A stretch of DNA of 64,000 bases from Candidatus Bathyarchaeota archaeon RBG_16_48_13 (lineage in GTDB: Archaea > Thermoproteota > Bathyarchaeia > RBG-16-48-13), in the NCBI GenBank assembly GCA_001775995.1, contig MEZH01000001.1, forward strand, positions 32,001-96,000, in the 5' to 3' direction. Below the pieces are notes generated by a model that was given only the letters and a program-made list of their open reading frames with translations, did no database searches and was not told the DNA's origin. Below, piece by piece: positions 1 through 9,342 of the stretch; positions within the stretch are counted from its first letter, which is position 1, and every line of letters begins with the position of its first letter. The position numbers were made by a program, and so were the translations under genes.

Positions 1-810
1 ACTAAGGTAGATCTGTGGGATCTTATCAGTTCTGACAACCTTCGGATTCGCCTGATGCTCCCAGCCGGCACCATGAGCTTCTCTGCAAGCTTGGCGTCTT
101 CGGTTGTAGGAGTTGGACTTTCGACAGAGAACTCCATATTCTTTGGAAGGCTGCTTTTAACTATGATTGCCTTTTTATCTTTTCCAGTGAGAAAGTTGGA
201 TACAGTCTCAAGATTTCCTATGGTAGCAGATAATCCGATCCTCTGAAATTCTCTGCCTGAGAGTATTCTGAGCCTTTCCAGTGCGAGAGAGAGTTGGACA
301 CCCCTTTCGTCTGAAACGAGTTCATGGATCTCGTCTATAATGACCCAGCGAACCGCCCTCAGATGTTCTCTCATCTTCCTTCCAGGCATGATGGCTTGGA
401 GAGTCTCGGGAGTTGTAATGAGCATGTCAGGTGGCTCAAGAGCCTGGAGCCTGCGAGCGCTTGGACTGGTATCACCGTGACGAACTTGGATTTTTATGTC
501 TATTGCTTTGCCTAATTCCGTCAATCTCTTCAGTAAGTCTCGGTTCAAAGCTCTAAGGGGTGTTACGTAGAGGATCGAGATACCGCGCATCTTCTCGAGT
601 GACCTCCTATTCAGGAGGAGGTTGAAGACGGAAGATTACGGCCTCGGTCTTACCCGTGCCAGTGGGGGCCACAAGAAGAGCGTTATCCTCGTTCAAAATG
701 CAAGGGATAGCTAGAGCTTGTATCTCCGTTGGTCTCTCAAAGTCCAGTTGCTCGATTTGTCTTCTTAAAGTAGGTAAGAGAAGGTTGAATAGATTCTCAG
801 AAGTACTCAT
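1..810 (-). pseudogene. lhr: Lhr-like SF2 helicase, N-terminal part, frameshifted near 630; continues off the window start
   Basis: APTGTGKTEA (motif I) in 810-630. After a frame change: YVTPLRALNRD, RHGDT, LITTPETL, DEIHEL, RIGLSATIG. Confidence 0.85.
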
Positions 811-878
811 TACAGGTCTTTAAGCCTCTCTTGCCGTATTAGTAAAATCAACGGCATAAAATTCAGATACCTAGGATG

Positions 879-1013
879 TCAAGATTTCTGTTCGGCTTCT
901 TTCTTTTTCTCCGATCGGCCATAAGCCACGTAGAGAAAAGCGAAGGTAATCGCTATGAAAATCATGATGTTAATCCCAAACATTACTAGGGTGAAATACT
1001 CGTCAACGGTCAT
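879..1013 (-). CDS. 44-aa single-pass membrane protein (not in the ORF track)
   Basis: MTVDEYFTLVMFGINIMIFIAITFAFLYVAYGRSEKKEEAEQKS: one hydrophobic helix plus a charged tail. Confidence 0.55.
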   Translation of the reverse strand: MTVDEYFTLVMFGINIMIFIAITFAFLYVAYGRSEKKKEAEQKS

Positions 1014-1062
1014 TGTTCATCCCATGAATTCTCTTCTTCAGACAAAGTATTTAACAACGGTC

Positions 1063-1665
1063 ATGGAAAATCCATCTAGGAATTTATTAATGAAACAAGA
1101 GCCAGTTAAAAAGGTTTTCACTTTGAAGTATGATTTCACTCTGGCTCTGAAGAGGATCAGAGTCGATAAAAGCGCTTCAATGATTATGATTGCAGTGATA
1201 GGTCTTAGCGCTGCCTTGACGGAGTTGGCATATGCGAACCTGATATTCTCTCGAGTTTTCATGGAATCTTATGAGTTGCCTGCAGGAGATGAAGTTCACC
1301 TCTACATTGTGGCGGCGGCTTTCTTATTTATGGTTGCCATCATCGGGGTGGCGTCTTACCTGAGGATTAGAGAAGGTGAAGCAAATTATGAGGTTATGAA
1401 AACATGTGGAGCTTCCCCCGCTCAGATTTTAAAGTTGTGTCTGGCAGAGAATCTTGTTATAGGTCTAGCTGGCGGTACATTGGGAGCTTTTGGAAGCTTG
1501 CTCACATTCTTGATAATATGTGGTTCACAGTTTGGCTGGCCACTCTGGCTATTATCACCAACCTTCGAATATTTAGTTTCAGGTGCGATCACGGCAATCA
1601 TTTCCATCGGCGTCTCTATCTTATTCCCTATTTTGTTCTCCCACATTTCACTGAATAAGTATTAG
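1063..1665 (+). CDS. FtsX-like ABC permease domain protein (start probably 1063 or 1090, not 955)
   Basis: RIREGEANYEVMKTCGASPAQILKLCLAENLVIGLAGG resembles the FtsX/MacB permease signature; about 4 TM segments. Confidence 0.7.
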   Translation: MENPSRNLLMKQEPVKKVFTLKYDFTLALKRIRVDKSASMIMIAVIGLSAALTELAYANLIFSRVFMESYELPAGDEVHLYIVAAAFLFMVAIIGVASYLRIREGEANYEVMKTCGASPAQILKLCLAENLVIGLAGGTLGAFGSLLTFLIICGSQFGWPLWLLSPTFEYLVSGAITAIISIGVSILFPILFSHISLNKY

Positions 1666-1783
1666 AACTGAGGATTTTGACAAAGCTTTGATGTTCTTTG
1701 GAATGTATGATTCAAGCCTTTTTACCAAGACAAGCACTTGTATGGATGTTGAACAAACTTAGACCGCTGCAAAATTTTGGCGA

Positions 1784-2629
1784 CTATTCTGCCAGTTCTT
1801 TAACCCTCTTTATGTTCCCTTTTTCATCCCTTCGGTTATCCAGTGGGGTCTCAAGAATGAAGGGACGGTCTTGGAGTCCTTCATATTCTAAGAAGCTCCG
1901 AAAGCCTTTTTCTCCAATGTAACCTAGACCTATGTGTTCGTGTCTATCTTTTCCCGATCTTAGATCTCCTTTCGAGTCGTTTAGATGGATGACTTTTATC
2001 CGTTCTAAGCCCAGAACCCGGTCAAAGTGATCCAAAGTTTTTCTTATCGCTTCTGCAGTTCTCAAATCGTATCCAGCAGCGAAGGCATGGGCGGTGTCGA
2101 AACACAGAGCTACGCGGTTCTTGTTGTACATTCGATCGATGACACTTTTTATGTCTCCAAAGGTGGAGCCCATACTGTTAAGAGTCCCGGCCGTATTCTC
2201 AAGAAGTATAGTGACGGAGGCGTTCTGTGTCTCAAAGAGAGCCCGATCTATCAGATCCGAGACCCGTTTTATGCCGTTTTCCATTCCTCGTCCCAAATGA
2301 CTGCCCAAATGGGTTACCAGATAGGGTATTTTGAGCTGAGCACATCTCTCAAGTTCTTTTTCTAGGGTTTCACAGGATCTTGCATAGAGCTCTTCGGTTG
2401 AGGTGGCTAGGTTTGGGAGATATGGCATGTGGGCTACAGCAGGAGAAATATTATATTGGTTCACTTTCTCTACGAAATTCTTGATCTCTTCCGGCTTTAG
2501 GGCGGAGAATTCCCATCTACGGGGGTTTCTTGTGAATATCTGGAAGGTTGAGCAGCCCCTCTCTACAACACGGTCAACGGCTTTGTCGACCCCGCCCGCG
2601 ATGGATGCATGAAACCCCACATTTATCAT
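1784..2629 (-). CDS. nfo: Endonuclease IV
   Basis: GFHASIAGG, HMPYLPNL, LLENTAG, CFDTAHAF, HLNDSK, DRHEHIG, ILETP. Confidence 0.95.
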   Translation of the reverse strand: MINVGFHASIAGGVDKAVDRVVERGCSTFQIFTRNPRRWEFSALKPEEIKNFVEKVNQYNISPAVAHMPYLPNLATSTEELYARSCETLEKELERCAQLKIPYLVTHLGSHLGRGMENGIKRVSDLIDRALFETQNASVTILLENTAGTLNSMGSTFGDIKSVIDRMYNKNRVALCFDTAHAFAAGYDLRTAEAIRKTLDHFDRVLGLERIKVIHLNDSKGDLRSGKDRHEHIGLGYIGEKGFRSFLEYEGLQDRPFILETPLDNRRDEKGNIKRVKELAE

Positions 2630-2681
2630 GATCGATCAGCATCTATTACGACTCATTCGATGGACAAATAAACAAATCGAG

Positions 2682-3116
2682 TTACGAAGATTCTTTGAAT
2701 TCCCGCCATTCTCCCATAAGTAGGTCATAAAGGTCATCTTCTTCTTCGATCTTTTCGTAGAAATCTAGGGCTTCAGCCAGTCTTTGGGCTATTAAGTGGT
2801 AGCACAGGTGAGTTAAGCCGTCGATAACCCTGAAATAGAAATCGTCGCAAGTACAGTAATTGACTATCGGTAGAATCTGGTAGTCCCTTTCCCTCCCGAC
2901 AACTATCCAGGCTACCCTGTGGCTTGGAGAGAAGACATATTTCTTGATCCGACCCTCGTTGATAGCTTTCCAGGCGTTCTCAAACCTCTTTCCGAAGAGA
3001 ACACCCAAGTGGGTCATCTGAGGGCCAGTTATGGTTCCGGTCCTAACCATGTCTATGCATATCTTTTCCAGATCTTGGATTTCTCGATCTTTTCTCTCCA
3101 TCGCCTTCTCGTCCAT
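2682..3116 (-). CDS. SWIM zinc-finger protein
   Basis: YCTCDDF...CYHLIA (CxC...CxH). Confidence 0.8.
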   Translation of the reverse strand: MDEKAMERKDREIQDLEKICIDMVRTGTITGPQMTHLGVLFGKRFENAWKAINEGRIKKYVFSPSHRVAWIVVGRERDYQILPIVNYCTCDDFYFRVIDGLTHLCYHLIAQRLAEALDFYEKIEEEDDLYDLLMGEWREFKESS

Positions 3117-3208
3117 GAATACTGATCATTGTCACTGATCTTCGTTTGATTATCTCTTAATTTTAATATTATTGCAGACATTTTTTCAATATACGAGTTG
3201 CGAAAGTC

Positions 3209-4045
3209 TTGTTGAGACCATTTGTTCCATGGCCCGCCCTTCTATATGAGGAGAGAGGTGAGAAGACCCTGATCATAGGAGACCTTCACTTGGGTTATGA
3301 GATGGCTTTGGCCAAGGAGGGAATAAACATACCATCTCAGACGTTTAGACTTGAAAAAAGGTTGTTGGAGATTATCCGCGAGATAAAACCAGAGAGATTG
3401 ATTATGATCGGTGACGTGAAGCATAGTATTCCTAACATCTCTCTTCAAGAATGGACTGATATTCCCAAGTTCTTTGAAGATGTCAAAGCTGAGGTGGATG
3501 TGGTGGACGTGGTCCCAGGAAATCACGACGGCGACTTAGAGCCCCTCTTGCCTCGTGGGATCAATCTGAGGGATGCAAGGGGAGTACTATTAGGGGAAGA
3601 GAATAAGGTGGGCGTGTTTCATGGACATACTTGGCCTTCCCATGAGCTGTTAGCAGCGAGGTATCTTGTAACAGCCCATAACCATCCTATGGTTCAGTTT
3701 AGGGATCCGTCGGGGTTCAGAATTGTCAAGCAGACTTGGGTGAAAGCACCATGCGATGAGAAGGCCCTAGCCAGAAAGATTTTGGAGAAACTCCATATAA
3801 GGGACGAAGGGAACGAACTGAGAGTACTCCATGAAAGGTTCGGGATCAAGCTGGAAAAGATGACTCTGATCATAATGCCTGCGTTCAACGATATTTTGGG
3901 AGGAGTGATCGTGAATCGGATAGGCATTATGAGACATATTGGCCCTCTCGGAAGGTCAGACGTGACGGATATGAATGAGGCAGAAATCTATCTTCTGGAT
4001 GGTACGTATATCGGCCTAGTGAAAAATCTAAGGGGTCATCCTTAG
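3209..4045 (+). CDS. Metallophosphoesterase (archaeal ICC-like)
   Basis: IGDLHLG, GDVKH, PGNHD, FHGHT, AHNHP, MPAFN. Confidence 0.9.
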   Translation: MLRPFVPWPALLYEERGEKTLIIGDLHLGYEMALAKEGINIPSQTFRLEKRLLEIIREIKPERLIMIGDVKHSIPNISLQEWTDIPKFFEDVKAEVDVVDVVPGNHDGDLEPLLPRGINLRDARGVLLGEENKVGVFHGHTWPSHELLAARYLVTAHNHPMVQFRDPSGFRIVKQTWVKAPCDEKALARKILEKLHIRDEGNELRVLHERFGIKLEKMTLIIMPAFNDILGGVIVNRIGIMRHIGPLGRSDVTDMNEAEIYLLDGTYIGLVKNLRGHP

Positions 4046-4230
4046 GGTTTGACAGTTGACCGTTTCAGTAGCTCTCTAGACACTATCAAGCCTGAGGCTT
4101 GGATTAGTCCTCTTGTGATGCTTGCACCATCACCTATTGTGAAGAGGTTATGTATCTTCGTTTTCCAAGGGGCGTTTGAGTTCCAAGCGAGAGGATAGGA
4201 CTTTACCTAAATGCCATAGATAAGAATGTG
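4042..4230 (-). pseudogene. C-terminal remnant of an FAD-dependent oxidoreductase (COG2509-like)
   Basis: Pieced across frames: LIYGI*VK..SSRLELKRPLE/TKIHNLFTIGDGASITRGLIQAS, with an in-frame TAG and frameshifts. Confidence 0.6.
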
Positions 4231-4248
4231 TTGTCAAGATTTGTATCG

Positions 4249-4338
4249 TGGTGGGGCCGCCCGGATTTGGACCGGAGTCACGTGGGCTCTCGCCAAGTCC
4301 CGAGCCACGTAGCCTAGACCAAGCTAGCCGACGGCCCC
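4249..4338 (-). tRNA. tRNA-Pro(CGG), 12-nt intron at 37/38 (4287-4298), CCA encoded
   Basis: GGGGCCG/CGGCCCC acceptor; CGTGG/CCACG anticodon stem; BHB central helix CTCG/CGAG; T-loop TCCAAAT. Confidence 0.93.
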
Positions 4339-4495
4339 TCAACTTCTCTCTTGAGACCTTGCTGGAGAGATTCTCCTTCTAGGCTAAAAACCTTGATTCA
4401 GTTTTGGCACACACTCAATTGAAAACAGACAACAAACCGTCAACGAGGAATCAAGAAGTAAGAAAAAGGAAGAGGCCAGATTAGTCTCGCGCGGT

Positions 4496-5722
4496 TTATT
4501 TTTCCGGCGCTATTTCGTTGAAAGTCAGGAACCTCATATTCACTGGCCGTTTTGTGACATCGGAAATCCTATCCGCAACCAGAGTCTTAACACCTTTTTC
4601 GCCTGCTATGTCTACTAACCTTTGGGTTATAACCCCATCAAATACTACTGTGTCGGCACCTTCTATTTGTTGTAGTTTTTCCGCAAGTTCGTTCACCGGG
4701 AGTCTCAAAATAGTTGCCATGCTGCTGCTCAGGATAACAGCTTCTAGGGTGTTTCTAAGTTCGTTGACAACTTCTAGGATTTGCGATTGGACAGGGACTT
4801 TGGGGATCTCTTTTAGCTCGATGGATTCTTTGCGCTCTTTCGGTGCTGGTATTTCCCGAAACTCTCTTGGTTCTCTAGGCTCTCTGTGGTGGTGTTTCAT
4901 GCTCTCCTTGATTTGATCGATTGGGATCTTTTCTTTCAGCGCTTTCAATATTTCCTTTGGTGTAAGTTCCTCTACTTCTTTGCCTTGTGGCGCTCTTGCC
5001 ACGTAGTCAATATTTGCCACTTGAAGAAGTTCTTTTAGGATCAAGTCGCCACCTCTGTCCCCGTCCAAGAAGGCTGTGACCTCTTTCTCTCTGGATAGCT
5101 TACCGATGGTCTCAGGCATCTTGGCGCCCTCAACAGCTACGGTGTTCTTGATACCGCATCTAAGGAGATTTATGATGTCTGCTCTACCTTCGACTATTAT
5201 TATGGACGGGGAGGAAATCATTTCGGGTCCCGCAGGCAATTCGTCAGGACCATAACTCACCACGTCTTGAATTTTCATGGTGTCAGAGACTTCTTTTATG
5301 ACTTCGTCGATGCTAGGAATCGACTCAATGGTCCATTTTTGGAGTATTTGCTTAGCCCGATCTATGATGACTTTTCTCTTTTCTTCCCTAGCATCGTCTA
5401 TCTTCTCGATGCTCAACTTCGCGGCGCATGGACCTATCCTATCCACGCTTTCTATTGCAGCAACGATAATTGAAGTAGAAACTCGATCCAAGCTTGATGT
5501 TATTGTGATGGTACCATAAGTCCTGTCTTTCTTGGACTCTAAATCTATTTCTATTCTTCCGACCCTACCAGTTTTTTGGAGTTCTCTCAGGTCAAGCTCT
5601 GAACCGAATAGCCCTTCAGTTTGGCCGAATATTGCGCCTATTACGTCGGGTTTTTCGACAACCCCATCAACTTCAAATTTGCCTTTAATAACATATTTAG
5701 TTGTAAATTGTGATGCAACCAT
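4496..5722 (-). CDS. dnaG: Archaeal DnaG-type primase / exosome-associated DnaG
   Basis: KPDVIGAIFGQTEGL, IIVEGRAD, FLDGDRGG (TOPRIM). Confidence 0.95.
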   Translation of the reverse strand: MVASQFTTKYVIKGKFEVDGVVEKPDVIGAIFGQTEGLFGSELDLRELQKTGRVGRIEIDLESKKDRTYGTITITSSLDRVSTSIIVAAIESVDRIGPCAAKLSIEKIDDAREEKRKVIIDRAKQILQKWTIESIPSIDEVIKEVSDTMKIQDVVSYGPDELPAGPEMISSPSIIIVEGRADIINLLRCGIKNTVAVEGAKMPETIGKLSREKEVTAFLDGDRGGDLILKELLQVANIDYVARAPQGKEVEELTPKEILKALKEKIPIDQIKESMKHHHREPREPREFREIPAPKERKESIELKEIPKVPVQSQILEVVNELRNTLEAVILSSSMATILRLPVNELAEKLQQIEGADTVVFDGVITQRLVDIAGEKGVKTLVADRISDVTKRPVNMRFLTFNEIAPEK

Positions 5723-5835
5723 ATTTTGTCGCCTTTTCCTTTTTTCTTCAATTTCAAATTCCTCTTTACATTATGACCGTAATCGTGTGAGACAACTATT
5801 AGATCATTGTAAGAGGTATGTATCCCAAGTCGCTA

Positions 5836-6258
5836 TCATAGCTTAAGTGTACTTTTTAATCTTTCCATATATCTGGATAGACTTTCGATATCCTTTATTT
5901 CATGTCGCACTAGGCTCTTGATCCTTCTCCAGAATACCAGATTCGCCTTGACCCTATTTCCCTCCAATGAACCACGGAGGCGCCCCGCCAACTCGCGCCC
6001 ATAACGATCAAAGTCGGTCAATATTATGACGGAATTCTGCGTATCACTTATCTCCTCAACAAGATTAGTAAGAGCTTTGCCACTATTATGCAAACATATG
6101 ATTTTGCCTGTGACGCCTAATTCACGAAGGGCGACAACGTCTTTTCTTCCTTCAACTATGATAGCCGTCTCTTTGGATTCTTCAGCAAGTTTCTCCACGA
6201 GCTTTATTAACGTTTCTGCCCTTTGCTCAATGTTCAATTGCACACCTGTTCGGATCAC
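5836..6258 (-). CDS. Small TOPRIM-domain protein
   Basis: IIVEGRKD...ILTDFDRYG. Confidence 0.85.
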   Translation of the reverse strand: MIRTGVQLNIEQRAETLIKLVEKLAEESKETAIIVEGRKDVVALRELGVTGKIICLHNSGKALTNLVEEISDTQNSVIILTDFDRYGRELAGRLRGSLEGNRVKANLVFWRRIKSLVRHEIKDIESLSRYMERLKSTLKL

Positions 6259-7337
6259 CGAGTTATGCTTCTCTTATTTAGAAAATCGTATAGGTTCCTT
6301 GCTTCTTCATTCTCGGCAAAATACCTCCTGACGGGTTTCAATCGTTCATTAAGGACTTTTATGGTGCTGTTCTTCAGGTCCAAGGGATGTAACTTTCCTT
6401 CAGAATAGAAGGATGTCAATCGTTCGATCGATTCTATTGAGATATCTCCGCCGTATTTCCTAGGTCTGTCTATTGGCAGACTGAAGCTAGAGTCTGTGAA
6501 AAACAGATAGCGATTTAGATCGATTACTGGATTACCCTCAACAATTCTTGGTGGACAATAAGCAGCACTGATTTTTTTTTCTATTACTTCTTCCGAATCG
6601 TGGATGAAAATGGCGGTTTCGGGTTTGGATTTGCTCATCTTAATCTCCATAAGTTCCGTTTCAGATTTGGAGATATCCATTCTACCCGCCCCTGTAAGCG
6701 ATGACATAAGCGGTGTGTGGATTGCGATAACCCTCTTCTTGCCGAGTTTCTCTGCTGCATCCCGAGCTAACATATGAGCTTTCCTTTGGTCAGTTCCACC
6801 CAGACATATGTCGAGATTCAAATAGAAAATGTCAGCCACTTGCATGCACGGATAGACTAGTTTGGAGAAATCCATTGTTCCTTCCTTACCCTTTCTTCCC
6901 AGAATAGTCATAGTTCGTTTCATTCTGAGAAGAGATGAACTCTTGGCCACTTTCAGAACAAGCGCCCAATAATCCGGATCTTCTACCAGGTCATCTGCCG
7001 TTATGACCTTAAATCTATTCACGTTAATACCCAAGGCTCTGATGCAATGGATGATATAGTCACCACACTTCTGGATCGCTTTCATATCTCCACCGAGTTT
7101 GTCATTTATCCAAGCATGCCAAGTAGCTTGGAGGAAAACCATCTCAATATCGGCTTCGATCAGCTCCTTGAGTTTTGATGCCCAAATCATCCAACCCACG
7201 TGGAAAAAGCCACTAGGCTCAACCCCAATATATCCTCTTAACGGTTTCTTCTCTTGGAGCAGTTTCTTCAGATCTATTAGTGTGACCACTTCAGTAGCAT
7301 TCTTAGTGATCAGGGACAACTTTTCTGAGAAATCCAT
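6255..7337 (-). CDS. tyrS: Tyrosyl-tRNA synthetase
   Basis: YIGVEPSG, YPCMQVAD, GGTDQRKAH, KMSKS. Confidence 0.95.
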   Translation of the reverse strand: MDFSEKLSLITKNATEVVTLIDLKKLLQEKKPLRGYIGVEPSGFFHVGWMIWASKLKELIEADIEMVFLQATWHAWINDKLGGDMKAIQKCGDYIIHCIRALGINVNRFKVITADDLVEDPDYWALVLKVAKSSSLLRMKRTMTILGRKGKEGTMDFSKLVYPCMQVADIFYLNLDICLGGTDQRKAHMLARDAAEKLGKKRVIAIHTPLMSSLTGAGRMDISKSETELMEIKMSKSKPETAIFIHDSEEVIEKKISAAYCPPRIVEGNPVIDLNRYLFFTDSSFSLPIDRPRKYGGDISIESIERLTSFYSEGKLHPLDLKNSTIKVLNERLKPVRRYFAENEEARNLYDFLNKRSITR

Positions 7338-7373
7338 AGTAATCTCGCTCAGTTGCTAGAACTTTCATCGCAA

Positions 7374-7652
7374 GGTCCCTAATATGGGTTCTTAGCTTCC
7401 GGGAGGCGCAGCCTGTCTCCCAAGTAACTAACACTCAGTCTCACTGTAGGGCATTATGCCCACCTAAACTGAGCTCTCAGGTCATGGGATGTTGGCGTCT
7501 CCCGCCCCCGTCTGTCCCATATCTGGATAAACCTTTCTTCATTGAGGGGCTCTCGCCTATCTTTGTCAGGACCGTCTATATGGGGCGTAAAGCAATCTAC
7601 GGAGGTTCGCGGTCCTTCTGGGACCGCTAGATAGAGTTTATCTCACTATGGG
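7374..7652. ncRNA. Unidentified, highly structured intergenic element; strand uncertain (G-U pairs favour +)
   Basis: No ORF. Helices by eye: GGGAGGC/GTCTCCC, CTCAGT/ACTGAG, GGGCA/TGCCC, ATGGGAT/GTCCCAT, GCGGTCC/GGACCGC, GATAAAC/GTTTATC. Confidence 0.45.
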
Positions 7653-7670
7653 ATTAATCTTGCTACGCAT

Positions 7671-9338
7671 TCATTCTTCAGACTGAGTCAGAAGTTCAGT
7701 CATGTTGATCTCTAGGGCTACAACGGGATTTTCAAGCTCGAAGTTTTTGAGAACCTCAGGATGGATTTCGCCTAGAATAGCTATCTCGGCATCCTCTGTC
7801 CTAATTTGCGCAGATCTTCCGTCAATGAAACTGGGGTGGTGAGAACCCTCGATGCTCCAATGCTTTAGGTTGAGAGTCTTAAAAGTTGTATATGCTATGG
7901 ACTGAACCTCCTCGAAGCTAGCCTTGTAGTTGCATATAACGGCGGCCAGCTTCCTCAGGGTTCTTGGAGAGGATTTTGGGGCGTAGCCTATCACGTCGCC
8001 GCATTCAAAAATCTTTTGCGGATACTGAACATGTCGATTGAAGCTGAGATAGTTCAGAAGGCCAGGAATGAGGGAGTCACGTAACATATGATATTCCATT
8101 GACATGGGATTTGAGATCTCTATTAGATTGTCTGCCTCTCTTTTCATCTTCGTGCAGAGTATATTCTTGTTGCTTAGGATGTAGTTTAGAACCTCTTGGA
8201 AGGCGAAGCCTACCATTATCTCTCTGGCCGTCCGAGTCAATGTTGAAATTGCAAGTTCTTTTCCAACCGTGGCCGTGGAGGGAAGCTCTGGGGTTAGGTT
8301 GTTGAAGCCATAAGACATCACCACATCCTCCACTAGATCAATCTGGTGAAGAATATCACATCTGTATGGTGGAATCAAAACTCGTATTTTGCGCCCATCT
8401 ATAGGTTTAGCACTATGTCCAGCTCTTCGGAGTAATCTCGTCATACTCCCCGCGCCCATGGAGAGGCCGAGGGTTTGATTCGCATAATCTATGTTCATAG
8501 TCATCTCAGTTGGCTTGAGGAGTGGAGTAGCTATTTTCCGACCAGTTGAATATTTGATCGAGACGATTTCCGGATTGCCGCCTCTAAGAGCTAGATTATA
8601 TATGAGTATGTTGTTGACAGAATTTACCAGGCGCTCATCGAGTCCTGTGACGTCGATGAAAAGGTCTTCTGTAAGGGATGTGACACGCGTGTCCTCGCTG
8701 TTCAAGATAGGCGGCATCGAAAGGACAATTCCGTTTTCGTCTCTGAGAAGAGGGTAGACGCGCAGTTGCTTTATTATTGGGGCATATCTAATGCCTTTAT
8801 CCGTCCTCTCTAGGATTTCCGTTCCACTCATCTTCTCATTTGCATCCAAGGGAACGAAAGAGATCTTACCAGGCGAAACTGCCTCATATATTATGTTGGG
8901 GCTGACTCTATCCAAGTCATATATGCCAATGGAGGCTTTCCTCCTATTTCGGCAATAAGTTTCGTGAAGTTTCTCTTGAAGTTGCATCATCTGCCTTACT
9001 ATCTCGTCTGATAGTTTTATTCCTCTCAGAATCGAGCAGGCTATGAATGGCCTGACCTTTTCGGTAGAAGCTAGGACTTTAACGTTTACCGGCCCCTTTT
9101 TTGCCATAATCTTTTGGGGACCAGTTTTCATTTCCATAAAACTTCTCAGTGCCCTTACAACTCCCTCAACGCTCAACATGTCGGGGCGATCCGAGTTCAG
9201 TTCGAGCGTTATTTCGTCGCCAATGGTCGCTTTTACCTCGCATTTTATGGAAGGGAGATAAACTTCGAGCTCACCTAGAGTCATCTCTTTCTTAAGGAGT
9301 TCGCACAGGTCGCTATGGCTTACTGTAATCGTTGGCGT
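7671..9338 (-). CDS. pheT: Phenylalanyl-tRNA synthetase beta subunit (probable start at ACG 9338; first ATG 9284)
   Basis: SDRPDMLSVEG, LQEKLH, RCDILHQIDLVED, GEIHP. The N-terminal PTITV lies upstream of the first ATG. Confidence 0.93.
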   Translation of the reverse strand, partial: TPTITVSHSDLCELLKKEMTLGELEVYLPSIKCEVKATIGDEITLELNSDRPDMLSVEGVVRALRSFMEMKTGPQKIMAKKGPVNVKVLASTEKVRPFIACSILRGIKLSDEIVRQMMQLQEKLHETYCRNRRKASIGIYDLDRVSPNIIYEAVSPGKISFVPLDANEKMSGTEILERTDKGIRYAPIIKQLRVYPLLRDENGIVLSMPPILNSEDTRVTSLTEDLFIDVTGLDERLVNSVNNILIYNLALRGGNPEIVSIKYSTGRKIATPLLKPTEMTMNIDYANQTLGLSMGAGSMTRLLRRAGHSAKPIDGRKIRVLIPPYRCDILHQIDLVEDVVMSYGFNNLTPELPSTATVGKELAISTLTRTAREIMVGFAFQEVLNYILSNKNILCTKMKREADNLIEISNPMSMEYHMLRDSLIPGLLNYLSFNRHVQYPQKIFECGDVIGYAPKSSPRTLRKLAAVICNYKASFEEVQSIAYTTFKTLNLKHWSIEGSHHPSFIDGRSAQIRTEDAEIAILGEIHPEVLKNFELENPVVALEINMTELLTQSEE

Positions 9339-9342
9339 ATGC

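Noticed and set aside
955-1062. N-terminal extension of the FtsX-like ORF
   Set aside because: It overlaps the probable microprotein on the other strand and does not look like part of the family.
4148-4342. ORFs overlapping tRNA or 5S genes (also 15872-16186, 16542-16757, 16786-16995, 22655-22990, 24273-24458, 50993-51554)
   Set aside because: Shadow frames of RNA genes.
7374-7652. Group I intron, RNase P, SRP or T-box identity for the structured element
   Set aside because: CAGTGAGACTG...CTAAGA is suggestive but has no P7 partner (CAGTC). There is no GAGGAA/ACAGAA pair, no SRP helix-8 GNRA motif, and no UGGN T-box bulge.
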